NCBI GenBank assembly: GCA_002269645.1
Contig: NIVC01002826.1
Coordinates: forward strand, 1-64,000
DNA: 64,000 nt
Reading direction: 5' to 3'
Source of the DNA: Macrostomum lignano
Taxonomy: Eukaryota
Both the position numbers and the translations under genes were made by a program. This document shows, one piece after another, positions 62,801-64,000 of the stretch. A model generated the notes under the pieces. It was not told the DNA's origin, did no database searches, and worked only from the letters and a program-made list of their open reading frames with translations. The first letter of the stretch is position 1. Every line of letters starts with the position of its first letter.

Positions 62801-63566
62801 CTCCGTCGGGAAGCCCACCTCCGTCGGGAAGCCCGCCTCCGTCGGGAAGCCCGCCTCCGTCGGGAAGCCCGGCTCCGTCGGGAAGCCCGGCTCCGTCGGG
62901 AAGCCCGCCTCCGTCGGGAAGCCCGGCTCCGTCGGGAAGCCCGCCTCCGTCGGGAAGCCCGCCTCCGTCGGGAAGCCCGCCTCCGTCGGGAAGCCCGGCT
63001 CCGTCGGGAAGCCCGCCTCCGTCGGGAAGCCCGCCTCCGTCGGGAAGCCCGCCTCCACCGACTAGTTCTAGCAGCAGGCGCAGAAGACGCGAAGTGGATG
63101 ATCTAGACAGCCTCACCAATGAGAATGAGAACGAGTTCGATCTTTTGGAGCGTTCCAGGCGCTCCGTCGGTTCGATCATCGTCCTACCGGCCGACACGGT
63201 TAATGTTATCGCGACATCCGTTAGCTTAAATACGTAAGTCGCAGAAATTTGGGCCTACAGGCAGCAACCAAGAAATAATAAACTTTTATGGTAATAAACA
63301 CTTTCAGCGTCATTCAACGGACTCTTAGCGCCAACAACGTGTCTGTGACTGTGACTGTGACTACGTTTGGCGCCTCAAGTCCAGGTTCCAGGCCCCAGTG
63401 CAGCTTCACCTTGATCGGCCTCGCGACCGCTCTTTTTTCGCCGTCATGGCTATCTCGGCGGACAAATTTCAACGCGTGTGAGCCTCTCAAGTCAGAGTTT
63501 TCACGTCTGGAGATCGAAAGCCTTGCAAAGATTTTTAAAATCGAAATAATTTGCGGAATCTTCTGA
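59804..63566 (+). CDS. Secreted or cell-surface mucin-like glycoprotein, about 796 aa, 6 exons (59804-59858, 60537-60680, 61087-61142, 61287-61393, 61464-63233, 63308-63566)
   Basis: It starts with a signal peptide (MRLRHGSALAVCLLAVCIFTVVNG), then a Cys-rich exon (SCDSNPCLNFTICNG...C...CYFNRFC), about 9 x SGASMTSASPTT and about 58 x SGSPPP. These are followed by RRRRR and RSRR motifs and a hydrophobic C-terminal segment. All five GT-AG junctions keep the frame (phases 1,1,0,2,2). Confidence 0.8.
61672..63060 (+). repeat. Coding tandem repeats: 36-bp (SGASMTSASPTT), then 18-bp (SGSPPP/SGSPAP)
   Basis: Direct reading, in frame within exon 5 of the mucin-like gene. Confidence 0.97.
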
Positions 63567-64000
63567 AACGGCATACACTGAGAGCCCGGTTTGCTTTTAT
63601 AGAGTTCAAATAGAGTTCCAACCAATTATTTTGACCAACCGTGCGCTAGCATAGTAAAAAAATGGGTTCCTAGTCTCTCGATCGTGCCTTACACTCGTAT
63701 TAAAGCAAAAACTATTATATACAAGTCTTTTCTTGCTAAATCGTATCTATTAAAATTGATATTTTTATTAGAATCTGCATCCTGAGTTTTATAGGTTCAC
63801 GTACAGTACAAATTGTTGAGCTGAATTTAATAATTTTTCAATCGGATTCGAATTCGAATCATGATATTTTGTATCAACGCGCTGCGCTCTAATAAAATAT
63901 TTGCTTATATCAGAGCTTATCTCGCTTACTTAAACTATCTCGTCTATCTGCGCCCTATCTCACTTGAGTCCTGAAACCGGATCTAGATCGCATATCTTTT

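Noticed and set aside
61443-63197. Minus-strand GGGLPD and EAGFPT repeat ORFs opposite the mucin exon
   Set aside because: They are antisense shadows of the 18-bp repeat; the plus strand carries the signal peptide and frame-consistent splice sites.

Overview
This is eukaryotic (invertebrate animal) genomic DNA with GC-rich exons, GT-AG introns and a very high load of tandem repeats. The innexin gene and the minisatellite-packed introns suggest a flatworm such as Macrostomum; this is inference only. Most long ORFs in the six-frame track are artefacts of tandem repeats. Positions 1-17742 hold a near-identical 624-bp tandem array (28 full units plus one divergent terminal unit). Each unit looks like a symmetric 237-nt phase-1 exon plus a 387-nt intron, and the last unit ends in an in-frame stop followed by AATAAA, so the array may be the 3' part of a giant repeat-protein gene. 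Downstream, frame-consistent spliced models can be built by hand for a NOPCHAP1/C12orf45-like gene, MTFMT, EMC7, an iRhom, an innexin, a divergent DEG/ENaC channel, a BTB-domain protein and a secreted or surface mucin-like protein with about 58 SGSPPP repeats. Between and within these genes lie about 18 distinct minisatellite/satellite arrays, a TIR-bounded element carrying a 20-bp array, and a Foldback-like palindromic element. All homology calls come from recognised motifs; no database search was run.
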